From: Azolla caroliniana
Lineage: Eukaryota; Plantae; Polypodiophyta
Length of the DNA: 64,000 nt
Direction: 5' to 3'
NCBI GenBank assembly: GCA_043228905.1
Contig: JBHGNT010000002.1
Location: 14,632,001 to 14,696,000, forward strand
The notes beneath the pieces are model-generated. The model saw nothing but the letters and a program-made list of their open reading frames with translations, did not search any database and was not told the origin of the DNA. Shown here one piece after another: positions 63,933 through 64,000 of this stretch (position 1 is the first letter of the stretch; each line of letters begins with the position of its first letter). The position numbers were made by a program, and so were the translations under genes.

Positions 63933-64000
63933 CTGGGCATGAGGATCGAGTGAAAGCGGACGACGAAGACTCTCCGACTCTCCCAGATTGACTATATCTG

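Larger units (their letters stand above)
53653..64000 (+). mobile_element. Ty1/Copia element K, degenerate, continues past the window end; hosts L
   Basis: LTR 53653-53908, PBS tggtatcagagc at 53911. gag/PR/IN/RT remnants. RT reading HILG|MRIE resumes at 63933. Confidence 0.9.

Overview
Plant nuclear DNA, probably from a non-seed land plant such as a fern (inferred from the mix of element types). Roughly 90% of the window is nested transposable elements. It contains one host gene: an intact, intron-containing CHCHD2/CHCHD10/Mix17-family twin-CX9C gene on the minus strand (12175-10149). The rest resolves into nested insertions, most with readable target-site duplications (TSDs): Gypsy remnant A containing Copia B, which contains a truncated LTR; a 5'-truncated LINE; a full-length RTE-X-like LINE containing Copia C; Copia D containing Copia E, which contains solo LTR F; Trp-primed Gypsy G containing a Tf1/Tcn1-like element and solo LTR H; and Copia I containing Copia J, a hAT MITE and Copia K, which contains Copia L. 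All TE polyproteins are disrupted; only LINE ORF1 is open. The most interesting signals are cis-acting RNA features: a self-priming PBS, a tRNA-like cassette in two unrelated LTRs, two -1 frameshift cassettes, a conserved hairpin with the PPT in its loop plus an in-frame acidic-to-basic Pol tail in one Copia lineage, a covarying LINE 3' stem-loop, and a 147-bp inverted repeat pair bracketing the host gene. Coordinates were read by eye and no searches were run.
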